DNA from: Octopus sinensis
Lineage: Eukaryota
DNA: 64,000 nt
NCBI RefSeq assembly: GCF_006345805.1
Contig: NW_021832125.1
Span: forward strand, 1 to 64,000
Direction: 5' to 3'
Shown: in pieces, positions 1-9,992 of the stretch
Position numbering within the stretch: the first letter of the stretch is position 1
Layout: each line of letters starts with the position of its first letter
Translations under genes and position numbers: made by a program
Notes under the pieces: generated by a model
Seen by the model: only the letters and a program-made list of their open reading frames with translations
Told to the model about the DNA's origin: nothing
The model's database searches: none

Positions 1-281
1 GGTTCAGGGACAGTCATTAAAGGTAGTTGGGTTATTTTTAGAGAGTGAGTGCTTTTCACATGGACACCTGTATGTGGGATGCTCGAGGGTAGGCAGAAGA
101 GAAAATTTATTCATATATGCCAAGGAAGGACGGACGACAAACATCGTTTATCAACAGGCGATAGAATAGGGTTACATTAAACCAGGTAGTTTTATACATC
201 TACATAAACTTATAGTTGTTTGATGAAACAGGCCCTCCGCAGGAGCTAGGTCGCGGTGAGCGAAGCGAGCTGCCGAGCTAG
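1..281 (+). mobile_element. Helitron 3' end (PIF1 helicase C-terminus, subterminal hairpin, CTAG terminus)
   Basis: Bases 1-170 encode QGQSLKVVGLFLESECFSHGHLYVGCSRVG (PIF1/RepHel C-terminal motifs). GC-rich stem-loop ggtcgcggtgagcgaagcgagctgccgagCTAG, then T at 282. Closely matches 9520-9820. Confidence 0.85.
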
Positions 282-354
282 TTTCTTTATAAAAAATTGC
301 ATACAAATCCATGATTGCATGTGTAAAGCAATCGAATAATTTACACTTAACCCT

Positions 355-760
355 GGCTCCATTCCAAAGTGGTTATGTACTGGGGTCACTTATTATTCGA
401 TTTCTAAATTAAATAACCCTTTCGTTCCGCCAGATTATCGTCCGATAGCCTGTATGCTCAACCTGTACAAGTTGATGACTAAGTTGGTGGTTACTGAGGT
501 CAGAAATTTGGTAAATGTGAATGGGATTCTGTCCGAGAACCAGTTAGGTACTCGGCGGGATTGCTAAGGAGCTAAGGACCAGGCACTGATCAACAAATGC
601 CTCGCGAGAGGCCACGGAAACTCACTAGTGTTGATGTGGGTGAGTGTAAAAAAAATTCGTTGAGTGCCTGGTAAGACGCAAGTTGGCTTTGTGGTTTATC
701 AAATTTGTTGAAACTGTGATGGACAGGTGGAATGTACACTCACATCACAACAAATGGGAT
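355..760 (+). mobile_element. Degenerate RT fragment of an R4/NeSL-like RLE non-LTR retrotransposon
   Basis: Translates to PKWLCTGVTY...DYRPIACMLNLYKLMTKLV...NQLGTRRDC*GAKDQALINK; same family as 36860-38200/42905-43020. Confidence 0.7.
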
Positions 761-1982
761 GTTTCGGGATTTGAATCGTTTCGTTGTTTTTGGTTATGCT
801 TGTCCGAATAACAAAGTTTTAATATTCCCTTGAAAGACAAGTATCATCCGCTAATATGGGAATCTAAAAAAGAGTAATTTTTCCTAAGTGCTTTTGCTGT
901 AAAACTGTTCGCTTGTTGAAGCTATCGCTCATGCGATATTTGAAATAAATATTATCGATTGATTATTTTTTTCAAATTTATACAACAAAAATTTCGCATT
1001 TAAAACAAAACCTTTCCTTAATTGAATGTCTTAATCGTGTGATAACTATCTAACTGCTCGCTGCGTATATAGATACTAAAAAAGCCTTTGATTCAGTTAA
1101 TAGTGATTTTTCAGCACAAATCTTAAAAAGTTTGGTTTACATGGAACATCTCAATAATTGAATAATTTTTATCCCAAGGAAAAGTTCATAAACCGGAAAT
1201 GCAAAAAATAATTCTTAAAAAAGTAATCACGCGAATTGAAAAGTTGGCAAATAAATTTAAGGCAATTAATGAACACCCTCTCTGTACAACTATTGAATTA
1301 GACAAGTCGATATTAAGCCATTTGAATATGAAATGGTGAAGGATACAATCTAATCAAAACTAATAGATTAAAAAGTTCGACCTACAAACAGAGATTATAC
1401 TTTCCTTGTAACAATTTTAGAAGAGGGTTGCATTCAAAATCTCTTTCTATGATTCCTTATAGACTTAAAACACTGAATTATCTGCAAAATAAGCTTCTCC
1501 ATTCTTCAGGCCGAAATGTTGAAAAAACTCATCTAGCCACTATTGAACAATACTTGAAGTACAAATATCTACTTGAGAATTCAGTTCACTTGAAAAACGC
1601 GTGGTTAGTGTAGAGAACAGACTTTTATTAGAGAACAAATACCTACTGGACCAAATTTTTCAAAATCTCTTCATTCAATCATATACAAAAGTGCTTTGGC
1701 TTTATAAACAAAATAATATAATTTATTATTTTTAGACGTGTTTCAAGCATTTCAGCCTTTTGCTAGGTACCCTTCTTCGTCTCTCCGTGCAACCGCCAAT
1801 AAAACAACCTGCGGTTAAAAAAATGAAATAAATCATAAAGATGCGTTTAAAATGTTGCATAATATAAAAAAGTATTACACTCAAGACGATACTTTTAATA
1901 TTAACGCAATTCAAATGATCAATATATTAATCGAGGTTACGATGTTTACGAAAAAACAACATTGAACGATAATTTTTGTCTT

Positions 1983-2436
1983 TTTTTTAATTTGACATTT
2001 TTTTTTAAAACCAAATCAGGTCCAAAGAAAATAGAGAAGTTAACTAAATTAGATGAGTCGCCGAGAGGATGGACAGGCAATTTAGCGCGAACGATATCCG
2101 CTGAAAAAGCCAGATCGTTTCACGACCATCGTGACTCCTCCTCGAGATGATTAAACCAATCTCTGAGAGGAGTTTGAGAGCTTTGGGTTCAATTATCCCA
2201 CTGGTCTCGAAAGCCAGAAGAATGAAGCAGCAGGTATCGGTCAAAGAGGCATATTTTGCAGTTTTCCTAGATTCGGCAAGGGCAGATGCATAACGAGAAG
2301 CGGAGTCAATCAACCATGATGAGGAAAATGAGTCTACACAGGTAACATCCCACACGAGTGCCATTCCCTCCCTGAACGGGAATAAAGTCGTTTTCCGTCC
2401 CCACAATCTAGGCCTATCGGTTCTAACATCGAGGGG
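1983..2436 (-). mobile_element. 5'-truncated CRE-like RLE retrotransposon remnant
   Basis: ORF 2044-2475 has ALVWDVTCVDS...ESRKTAKY...AFETSG...WLFQRIS (RLE domain). Short poly-T on plus strand. TSD aatttttgtctt at 1971-1982 and 2437-2448. Confidence 0.8.
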
Positions 2437-2506
2437 AATTTTTGTCTTAATTAATAATTTGAGTCTATTTTTCAAAATAATGATTAGTTTTATTATTTAG
2501 TTTAAT

Positions 2507-2508
<2 letters not shown>

Positions 2509-2543
<35 letters not shown>

Positions 2544-4353
2544 CAAAGGAAGTTAATTTATTAAGACCGAAAATAGTTAAGTTCCAGCGGCGAGGACGCA
2601 GTGTGCGTTGCCCCGAACAGGCCAGGCCGATGCGCTGGCGGAACCAGAGGCTCTCTCTCGAGTCCTTGAGCCTTCTCCCGATGGACTGCCCGACCTCTTT
2701 GAGGAACGAGTCAGTCTCCTTTCCTGCAACCCAGCGGTCTCCAGAGCGATTGCCGTAACGCGGTAGCGGTCCGCGAGCGAAGAATATTTATGTATTTTTC
2801 TTTTCGGCGTGGTTTGCAGCCGAACAAGGTTTTGCCGCAGAAGAATGGATCCTCGATTTCGAAAAGGTATCCACAACGGTGACATCCCATACAAGGGCCT
2901 TCCCCGACGAGTACGGGAATATTGTCATCCCGTCAGGCCTTTTGCCATCTCCCCGATCGAGTCCGACCGTTTCGAGGAGGCACGAATGGCCCGCCATTTC
3001 GAGACCGGCCTTTACGATTTCATTGAGGGCCTTGTGTCTGTGTTCCCTGCCTGCGCTCCTCTTGCAGGAAAGTGGGTGCAGTCCCTTTTCGTCAACGTCC
3101 TCACCGCATCTGCAGCGATGTTTTGCACAAACATCCAGGCCGAGACGGTGAGCCACTCCGATGCGTATGGCAGCATCGTCTAGCCACGTCCCGATGCTGG
3201 AGAGAGGAAGAGCATTCAGCCAGCTGCCAGAGTGAGGGGCGGATGCCGCACGAAGGCATGCCAGGCGGTGTTGATCAAGGTTGCCGAGAGCTCAGACACA
3301 CGCGCTCGGCATGCGATAGAGTCCCAGGCACGTTGGGAGAGAAATCTTCGGGCCTCTCAGAAAAGGAGCGATCCCAGGTAGTGAGCCCATCCGAAAATGC
3401 ACCATCCAGGCAAGATCCGAAAGAGTTGAGTAGGATCTCAGAGGCCAGGTTGTTGCACATCGAAAACGAGGATAGATATGCCGGAAGTGCCACATCGGAT
3501 GCAGTGCGGATTCCCGCGCCTCCGAATCTCAATGGGAGCGAGCATTGGGCCCATCCAGGACCATCGAGGTGTACATTGAGGACGGATTCGGCAGTCTTTT
3601 TCAGGATTACGTCGTATGCGGCGAGTAGGTCCATATGCAGGAAGCAGGGATTGCTCCTGAGGGTGAAAATGAGTTTCGGCATGTGAATGCTGTTCTTCAA
3701 GAGGAAAAAGGCAGTGTGCGAGGACAAGATAGAGAGATTTGTAGAAAGTCTTTGGAAGTGTTCAGCTTTAGCGGAAAGCATGGATTGGAGCTTCGTGTAG
3801 GACAGGGATCCACCGAGAAAGGTGACATCATCGATTGGGGTAACGTTCGCACAAGGCAGGGTTGCTCTGAGGCGGGCCACAGCGGATCGGAAGTCGGCCT
3901 CCGAACACGAGACATTAATGATCTCGGTCTTCTTCGCGTTGACCGAGAGGCCGAGGGTTGCCAGTGCTGGTACGATGTGTTCGACATCCCGAATAACGTG
4001 GTCAGCATGGCCACCCAATGTGGCATCATCAAGATACCACAGATTGAATTGAGAGACAGCAAGGCGAGCTGCCTCATCGATTGTCATCGCGAAGAGGAGT
4101 GGCCCTAGCGGATCACCCTGTTGCACGCCGGTCTCCGAACGGATGATCTCATTCCCGTATACAAGACTGCTCTCCGAGCCGTAGGCAAGCGAGACAAGAT
4201 TGATTATTTCTGGTGCTCTTCGAGCGCATGCTTCCAAAATAGCATCGCGGCGCACGCTGTTGAAAGCGTTGTGATATCAAGCTTCACAGCGATAAAATCG
4301 GTAGTAACTCGTTGGCCCATGTAGAAGAAGCCCCTGGTGGCATGAACAGCTCC
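2509..4353 (-). mobile_element. 5'-truncated CRE-like non-LTR retrotransposon (RT plus restriction-like endonuclease) with 35-nt poly(A)
   Basis: RT motifs GVQQGDPLGPLLF and WYLDD (3275-4255); zinc knuckle CAKHRCRCG...HPLSC; PD-(D/E)xK nuclease GKRPDG...ALVWDVTVVDT; poly-T 2509-2543; TSD tttagtttaatta at 2496-2508 and 4354-4366. Confidence 0.9.
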
Positions 4354-4420
4354 TTTAGTTTAATTATTTTTTAATTTTTTGTAAATAAAATTTACTTTAA
4401 TTATCTTAATAATAAAATGG

Positions 4421-4470
4421 TATGGTGTGTGTCTGTCTGTCTGTCTGTGTGTCTGTCTGTCTGTCTGTGC
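4421..4470. repeat. (GTCT/GT)n microsatellite near the Helitron 5' end
   Basis: tgtgtgtctgtctgtctgtctgtgtgtctgtctgtctgtctgtg. Confidence 0.9.
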
Positions 4471-5952
4471 ACACCCACATTCAAATTGTTACAAACCAGA
4501 TCAATAAAAAAATTATTTTCTGCGTTTTTGTTAAAATGAACAACAAGAAAGTCCTCGACTCACATGATGTGGTCCCCCAAAACCTTCAAGGTAAAAAATT
4601 AAAAAAATTATTTTCTGCGTTTTTGTTAAAATGAACAACAAGAAAGTCCTCGACTCACATGATGTGGTCCCCCAAAACTTTCAAGCCAAAAAATTAAAAA
4701 AATATTTTCTGCGTTTTTGTTAAAATAAACAACAAGAAAGTCCTCGACTCACATGATGTGGTCCCCCAAAACTTTCAAGCCAAAAAATTAAAAAAATTAT
4801 TTTCTGCGTTTTTGTTAAAATAAACAACAAGAAAGTCCTCGACTCACATGATGTGGTCCCCCAAAACCTTCAAGGTAAAAAATTAAAAAAATTATTTTCT
4901 GCGTTTTTGTTAAAATAAACAACAAGAAAGTCCTCGACTCACATGATGTGGTCCCCCAAAACTTTCAAGCCAAAAAATTAAAAAAATTATTTTCTGCGTT
5001 TTTGTTAAAATAAACAACAAGAAAGTCCTCGACTCACATGATGTGGTCCCCCAAAACCTTCAAGGTAAAAAATTAAAAAAATTATTTTCTGCGTTTTTGT
5101 TAAAATAAACAACAAGAAAGTCCTCGACTCACATGATGTGGTCCCCCAAAACTTTCAAGCCAAAAAATTAAAAAAATTATTTTCTGCGTTTTTGTTAAAA
5201 TAAACAACAAGAAAGTCCTCGACTCACATGATGTGGTCCCCCAAAACTTTCAAGCCAAAAAATTAAAAAAATTATTTTCTGCGTTTTTGTTAAAATAAAC
5301 AACAAGAAAGTCCTCGACTCACATGATGTGGTCCCCCAAAACCTTCAAGGTAAAAAATTAAAAAAATATTTTCTGCGTTTTTGTTAAAATAACAACAAGA
5401 AAGTCCTCGACTCACATGATGTGGTCCCCCAAAACTTTCAAGCCAAAAAATTAAAAAAATTATTTTCTGCGTTTTTGTTAAAATAAACAACAAGAAAGTC
5501 CTCGACTCACATGATGTGGTCCCCCAAAACTTTCAAGCCAAAAAATTAAAAAAATATTTTCTGCGTTTTTGTTAAAATAAACAACAAGAAAGTCCTCGAC
5601 TCACATGATGTGGTCCCCCCAAACCTTCAAGGTAAAAAATTAAAAAAATTATTTTCTGCGTTTTTGTTAAAATGAACAACAAGAAAGTCCTCGACTCACA
5701 TGATGTGGTCCCCCAAAACTTTCAAGCCAAAAAATTAAAAAAATTATTTTCTGCGTTTTTGTTAAAATAAACAACAAGAAAGTCCTCGACTCACATGATG
5801 TGGTCCCCCAAAACTTTCAAGCCAAAAAATTAAAAAAATTATTTTCTGCGTTTTTGTTAAAATAAACAACAAGAAAGTCCTCGACTCACATGATGTGGTC
5901 CCCCCAAAACCTTCAAGCCCAAAAATTAAAAAAATTATTTTCTGCGTTTTTG

Positions 5953-5958
<6 letters not shown>

Positions 5959-5983
<25 letters not shown>

Positions 5984-6409
5984 AGATTTGAATTTATTAA
6001 ATTAAATTAATAGAGAATTAATGTCGTGAACTTGAGGGTTAGTCCGACGACGAAGCACTGCGGATAGAGAGGCAGTTCCCGCGAAGAATTGCAACCGAGA
6101 TGCGCTGGAAAGCCAGCTCGTCTCCCTCGGTCATTTGTATTCTGTGAGATTCTTCCTCCCACAACCTGTAACAGATTTTCTACCTTCTTTCCAACCACAC
6201 CGGAGGTCTCAAGGCTAGGGGGACAAACTCAACGACGTTCGGAAGCACAGCGTACTTCGTCACTTCCTTTCTTCTGCCAGCGCACATGCGTAGCCTGGTG
6301 TACTGGCTGTTCCTGTGAGCACAGTATCTGAAAAGGAGTCGACGCAAGTTACATCCCAAACAAGAGACCTTCCTCCTCTAAAGGGGAATATAGTCATCCC
6401 GTCATCCCG
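5959..6409 (-). mobile_element. CRE-like 3' fragment with poly(A) inserted into the 95-bp array
   Basis: Poly-T 5959-5983; RLE C-terminal coding remnant; TSD ttttgttaaaa at 5948-5958 and 6410-6420. Confidence 0.85.
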
Positions 6410-6801
6410 TTTTGTTAAAATGAACAACAAGAAAGTCCTCGACTCACATGATGTGGTCCCCCAAAACCTTCAAGGTAAAAAATTAAAAAAATTATTTTCT
6501 GCGTTTTTGTTAAAATGAACAACAAGAAAGTCCTCGACTCACATGATGTGGTCCCCCAAAACCTTCAAGCCAAAAAATTAAAAAAAATTATTTTCTGCGT
6601 TTTTGTTAAAATGAACAACAAGAAAGTCCTCGACTCACATGATGTGGTCCCCCAAAACCTTCAAGCCAAAAAATTAAAAAAATTATTTTCTGCGTTTTTG
6701 TTAAAATGAACAACAAGAAAGTCCTCGACTCACATGATGTGGTCCCCCAAAACCTTCAAGCCCAAAAATTAAAAAAATTATTTTCTGCGTTTTTGTTAAA
6801 A

Positions 6802-7252
6802 TTTTTTTTTTTTTTTTAGATTTGAATTTTATTAATTAAATTAATAGAGAATTAATGTCGTGAACTTGAGGTTAGTCCGACGACGAAGCACTGCGGATAG
6901 AGAGGCAGTTCCCGCGAAGAATTGCAACCGAGATGCGCTGGAAAAAAGCCAGCTCGTCTCCCTCCGGTCATTTGTATTCTGTGAGATTCTTCCTCCCACA
7001 ACTGTAACAGATTTTCTACCTTCTTTCCAACACACCGGAGGTCTCAAAGGCTGGGGGACAACCTCAAACGACGTCGGAAGCACAGCGTACTTCGTCAACT
7101 TCCTTTCTTCTGCCAGCGCACATGCGTAGCAGCCTGTTTGTACGGCTGTTCTGTGAGCACAGTATGAAAAGGAAAGTCGACGACAAGTTACCATCCCCCA
7201 AACAGAGACCTTTCCTCCTTTAAAGGGGAAAATTAGTCATCCCGTCATCCCG
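6802..7252 (-). mobile_element. Duplicate of the 5959-6409 CRE fragment
   Basis: Same 5' truncation (gtcatcccgtcatcccg) and same TSD (6791-6801, 7253-7263); encodes CALAEERKLTKY...QNTNDRRETSWL. Confidence 0.85.
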
Positions 7253-8879
7253 TTTTGTTAAAATGAACAACAAGAAAGTCCTCGACTCACATGATGTGGT
7301 CCCCCAAAACCTTCAAGGTAAAAAAATAAAAAATTATTTTCTGCGTTTTTGTTAAAATGAACAACAAGAAAGTCCTCGACTCACATGATGTGGTCCCCCA
7401 AAACCTTCAAGCCAAAAAATTAAAAAAAATTATTTTCTGCGTTTTTGTTAAAATGAACAACAAGAAAGTCTCGACTCACATGATGTGGTCCCCCAAAACC
7501 TTCAAGCCAAAAAATTAAAAAAATTATTTTCTGCGTTTTTGTTAAATGAACAACAAGAAAGTCCTCGACTCACATGATGTGGTCCCTCAAAACCTTCAAG
7601 CCAAAAATTAAAAAAAATTATTTTCTGCGTTTTTGTTAAAATGAACAACAAGAAAGTCCTCGACTCACATGATGTGGTCCCCCAAAACCTTCAAGCCAAA
7701 AAATTAAAAAAAATTATTTTCTGCGTTTTTGTTAAATGAACAACAAGAAAGTCCTCGACTCACATGATGTGGTCCCCCAAAACCTTCAAGCCAAAAAAAA
7801 AAAAAATTATTTTCTGCGTTTTTGTTAAAATGAACAACAAGAAAGTCCTCGACTCACATGATGTGGTCCCTCAAAACCTTCAAGCCAAAAAATTAAAAAA
7901 AATTATTTTCTGCGTTTTTGTTAAAATGAACAACAAGAAAGTCCTCGACTCACATGATGTGGTCCCTCAAAACTTCAAGCCAAAAAATTTAAAAAAAATT
8001 ATTTTCTGCGTTTTTGTTAAATGAACAACAAGAAAGTCCTCGACTCACATGATGTGGTCCCCCAAACCTTCAAGCCAAAAATTAAAAAAAAAATATTTCT
8101 GTGTTTTTGTTAAAATGAACGACAAGAAAGTCCTCGACTCACATGATGAGGTCCTCCACAACCTTCAAGCCTCGTGAGGCCATTAATTAGCTTAGCTATC
8201 TTTTTTCGATGACATAAATTCTTTTTTGTTAAATTTTCGTTAAAAAAATAAAATAAAAGCTCTAATTGTTATCGACCATGAATAGACTGTGCAATTATCA
8301 GATTTTGAAAACCACTAAAAAGGAAAAAGCAAAAATTATTAGAGATTTACATAATTGATTCTTTTTAACTGCCGAAACTGACAAATTCGATTATGCTACT
8401 GTTTAGATTTCTTAAAAGATAGAGGCAAATAAAATTTAAATTAGTCATGTAAATTTCAATTTGCCTATATTTAAATCTCCTTGATTTAACAGGCTTTAAT
8501 TTTTTTCCTTATAATACTACAAAGATGAAGCTGATTATCATTTTCTTTACCGAAACAGACAAGTTCGATTATGCTAAAGTTTCAATTCCTTTAAACATAG
8601 AGGCAATTAAGTATAATGGCTTTGATTGGATAATACACTTTACATAAATTTCACTAAATAAATTTACGTAGAAAATTTAATATAAATTACTGATTCGCGT
8701 TTACAAAATCATAAGCATGTCCTATAAAGAGAGATCTGAGAATGTTAACAAACAAGAGAATATGAACCATATAACAAAAAAAGAGAAACGAGGGAAGATG
8801 TGCTTAAATGGTGAGGGAACTTAGACAACAGCTGAACAAGGTCAGGACTGCTGTTAGACTCAACTACGGGTAATAGAAT

Positions 8880-9690
8880 TATGCATTCTAGGTTAATTGT
8901 TTGGGATGAATGTACGATGGCTCATAAAGGCGCATTCAAGCAGTTGACCGAACATATAGAGATATCAAGAATTGTAGCGACCATTTGTTTGGGGGAGCAT
9001 TGTTGTTGGCAGGTGATTTTAGACAGACGCTGCCAATTATTCAAAGAGGGACGCCTGCGGATGAATTGAATGCCTGCCTCAAATCGTCATATTTGTGGAC
9101 ACACGTGAAAAAGGTAAGCTTAGATGTAAATGTACATGCACATTTACAAGGCGTTAATAGCATATTCCCACAAATCCCTCTAGATATTGGAAATGGGGCA
9201 ATCACTTCAGAAATGCACGACCAGAAAATTAGGCTACCGGAAGAATTATGTATTTTCGTAGAAACAGCAGAAGAATTATTGAATGCCGTCTATTCCGAAC
9301 TATCTGAACACTACGTGAATTTCGACTGGCTGCGTGAACGAGCTATATTAGCTCCACTTAATGATGAGGTACTTAATATAAATTTAGATTTATTAATGAA
9401 AATCCCTGGCAGAGAAAGAATATATAAATCGGTCGACGTTATTATGGACCATGAAAGGGCCTGCGATAGATTTAAGAGACTACAATTTCCGCTGAAGATA
9501 AGTTTTGCTATGACAATAAACAAGGCCCAGGGACAGTCTTTAAAGGTAGTAGGCTTATTTTTAGAGAACGAGTGCTTTTCACATGGCCAGCTGTATGTGG
9601 GGTGCTCAAGGGTAGGTAGAAGAGAAATTTATTTATATTTGCCAAGGATGGACGGACTGCAAACATCGTTTATCCACAGGCCTTAGAATA
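8880..9690 (+). pseudogene. PIF1-family helicase remnant of the Helitron RepHel protein
   Basis: LIVWDECTMAHK, FGGALLLAGDFRQTLPII, RAILAPLN, RLQFPLKISFAMTINKAQGQSL, FSHGQLYVGCSRV; frameshifted and internally deleted. Confidence 0.9.
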
Positions 9691-9992
9691 AGGTTATATC
9701 AAAGCAGGTCGCATTTATATATCTACATAAATTTATAGTTATTTAAGGAAACTGCGAGCGTAGCGAGCAGGGCCTCCGCAGGAGCTAGCTCGCAGTGAGC
9801 GAAGCGAACTGCTGAGCTAGTTTTTTATAATTTTTTTCAAATAAAATTTTTATTGAATATTCAGTTACTTGGTCCCAAATTTGGCGAGTAAACGGGGTTT
9901 GACTGTATTTGAATTAAAAATACATAAATGTTATGCTTAAATTTGATAAAGGTTTTTTATTGTAAGCAAAACTGTTTGATTTTTCATAGTTA

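Larger units (their letters stand above)
4505..8170. repeat. 95-bp tandem array, 29 units (15+4+10), interrupted twice by a CRE fragment
   Basis: Unit atgaacaacaagaaagtcctcgactcacatgatgtggtcccccaaaaccttcaaggtaaaaaattaaaaaaattattttctgcgtttttgttaaa; period 95 (atg at 4536 and 4631). Confidence 0.95.
4404..9820 (+). mobile_element. Internally deleted Helitron carrying a tandem array and a PIF1 helicase remnant
   Basis: 5' A|TC start (tcttaataataaaatgg) followed by a (GTCT)n microsatellite; 3' hairpin and CTAG|T at 9817-9821; inserted between A and T with no TSD; PIF1 motifs at 8880-9690. Confidence 0.75.
1825..9905 (+). mobile_element. 3' part of a pogo/Tigger DNA transposon split by nested CRE and Helitron insertions; right TIR ends at 9905 followed by TA
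   Basis: 1825-1982, 2437-2508, 4354-4403 and 9821-9905 can be joined and resemble 42280-42610 (transposase C-terminus, 3' UTR and TIR ggtcccaaatttggcgagtaaacggggtttgactg|ta). Confidence 0.7.

Noticed and set aside
1030-1720. Possible coding remnant (YIDTKKAFDSV at ~1065-1100; ORF 1428-1613)
   Set aside because: Apart from one RT-like motif it is too degenerate to assign.
2809-4324. Plus-strand ORFs overlapping the CRE element, and similar antisense ORFs over tubulin (22473-23601) and the LINEs
   Set aside because: Shadow ORFs on the antisense strand of GC-richer coding sequence, with no recognisable motifs.
4422-8024. Short ORFs (MNNKKVLDSHDVVPQN...) in the array
   Set aside because: By-products of the repeat; the frame shifts every unit because 95 is not a multiple of 3.
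4505-8170. 95-bp array as a CRISPR array
   Set aside because: No unique spacers (whole units repeat), no cas genes, and the context is eukaryotic.
4505-8170. 95-bp array as spliced-leader RNA genes (minus strand has cat|GTGAGT and an Sm-like AATTTTTTGG, and a CRE is inserted in it)
   Set aside because: The unit leaves no room for a promoter or spacer, the array lies inside a Helitron, and the same CRE family inserts at unrelated AT-rich sites. It would be revived only if mRNA 5' ends carried this sequence.
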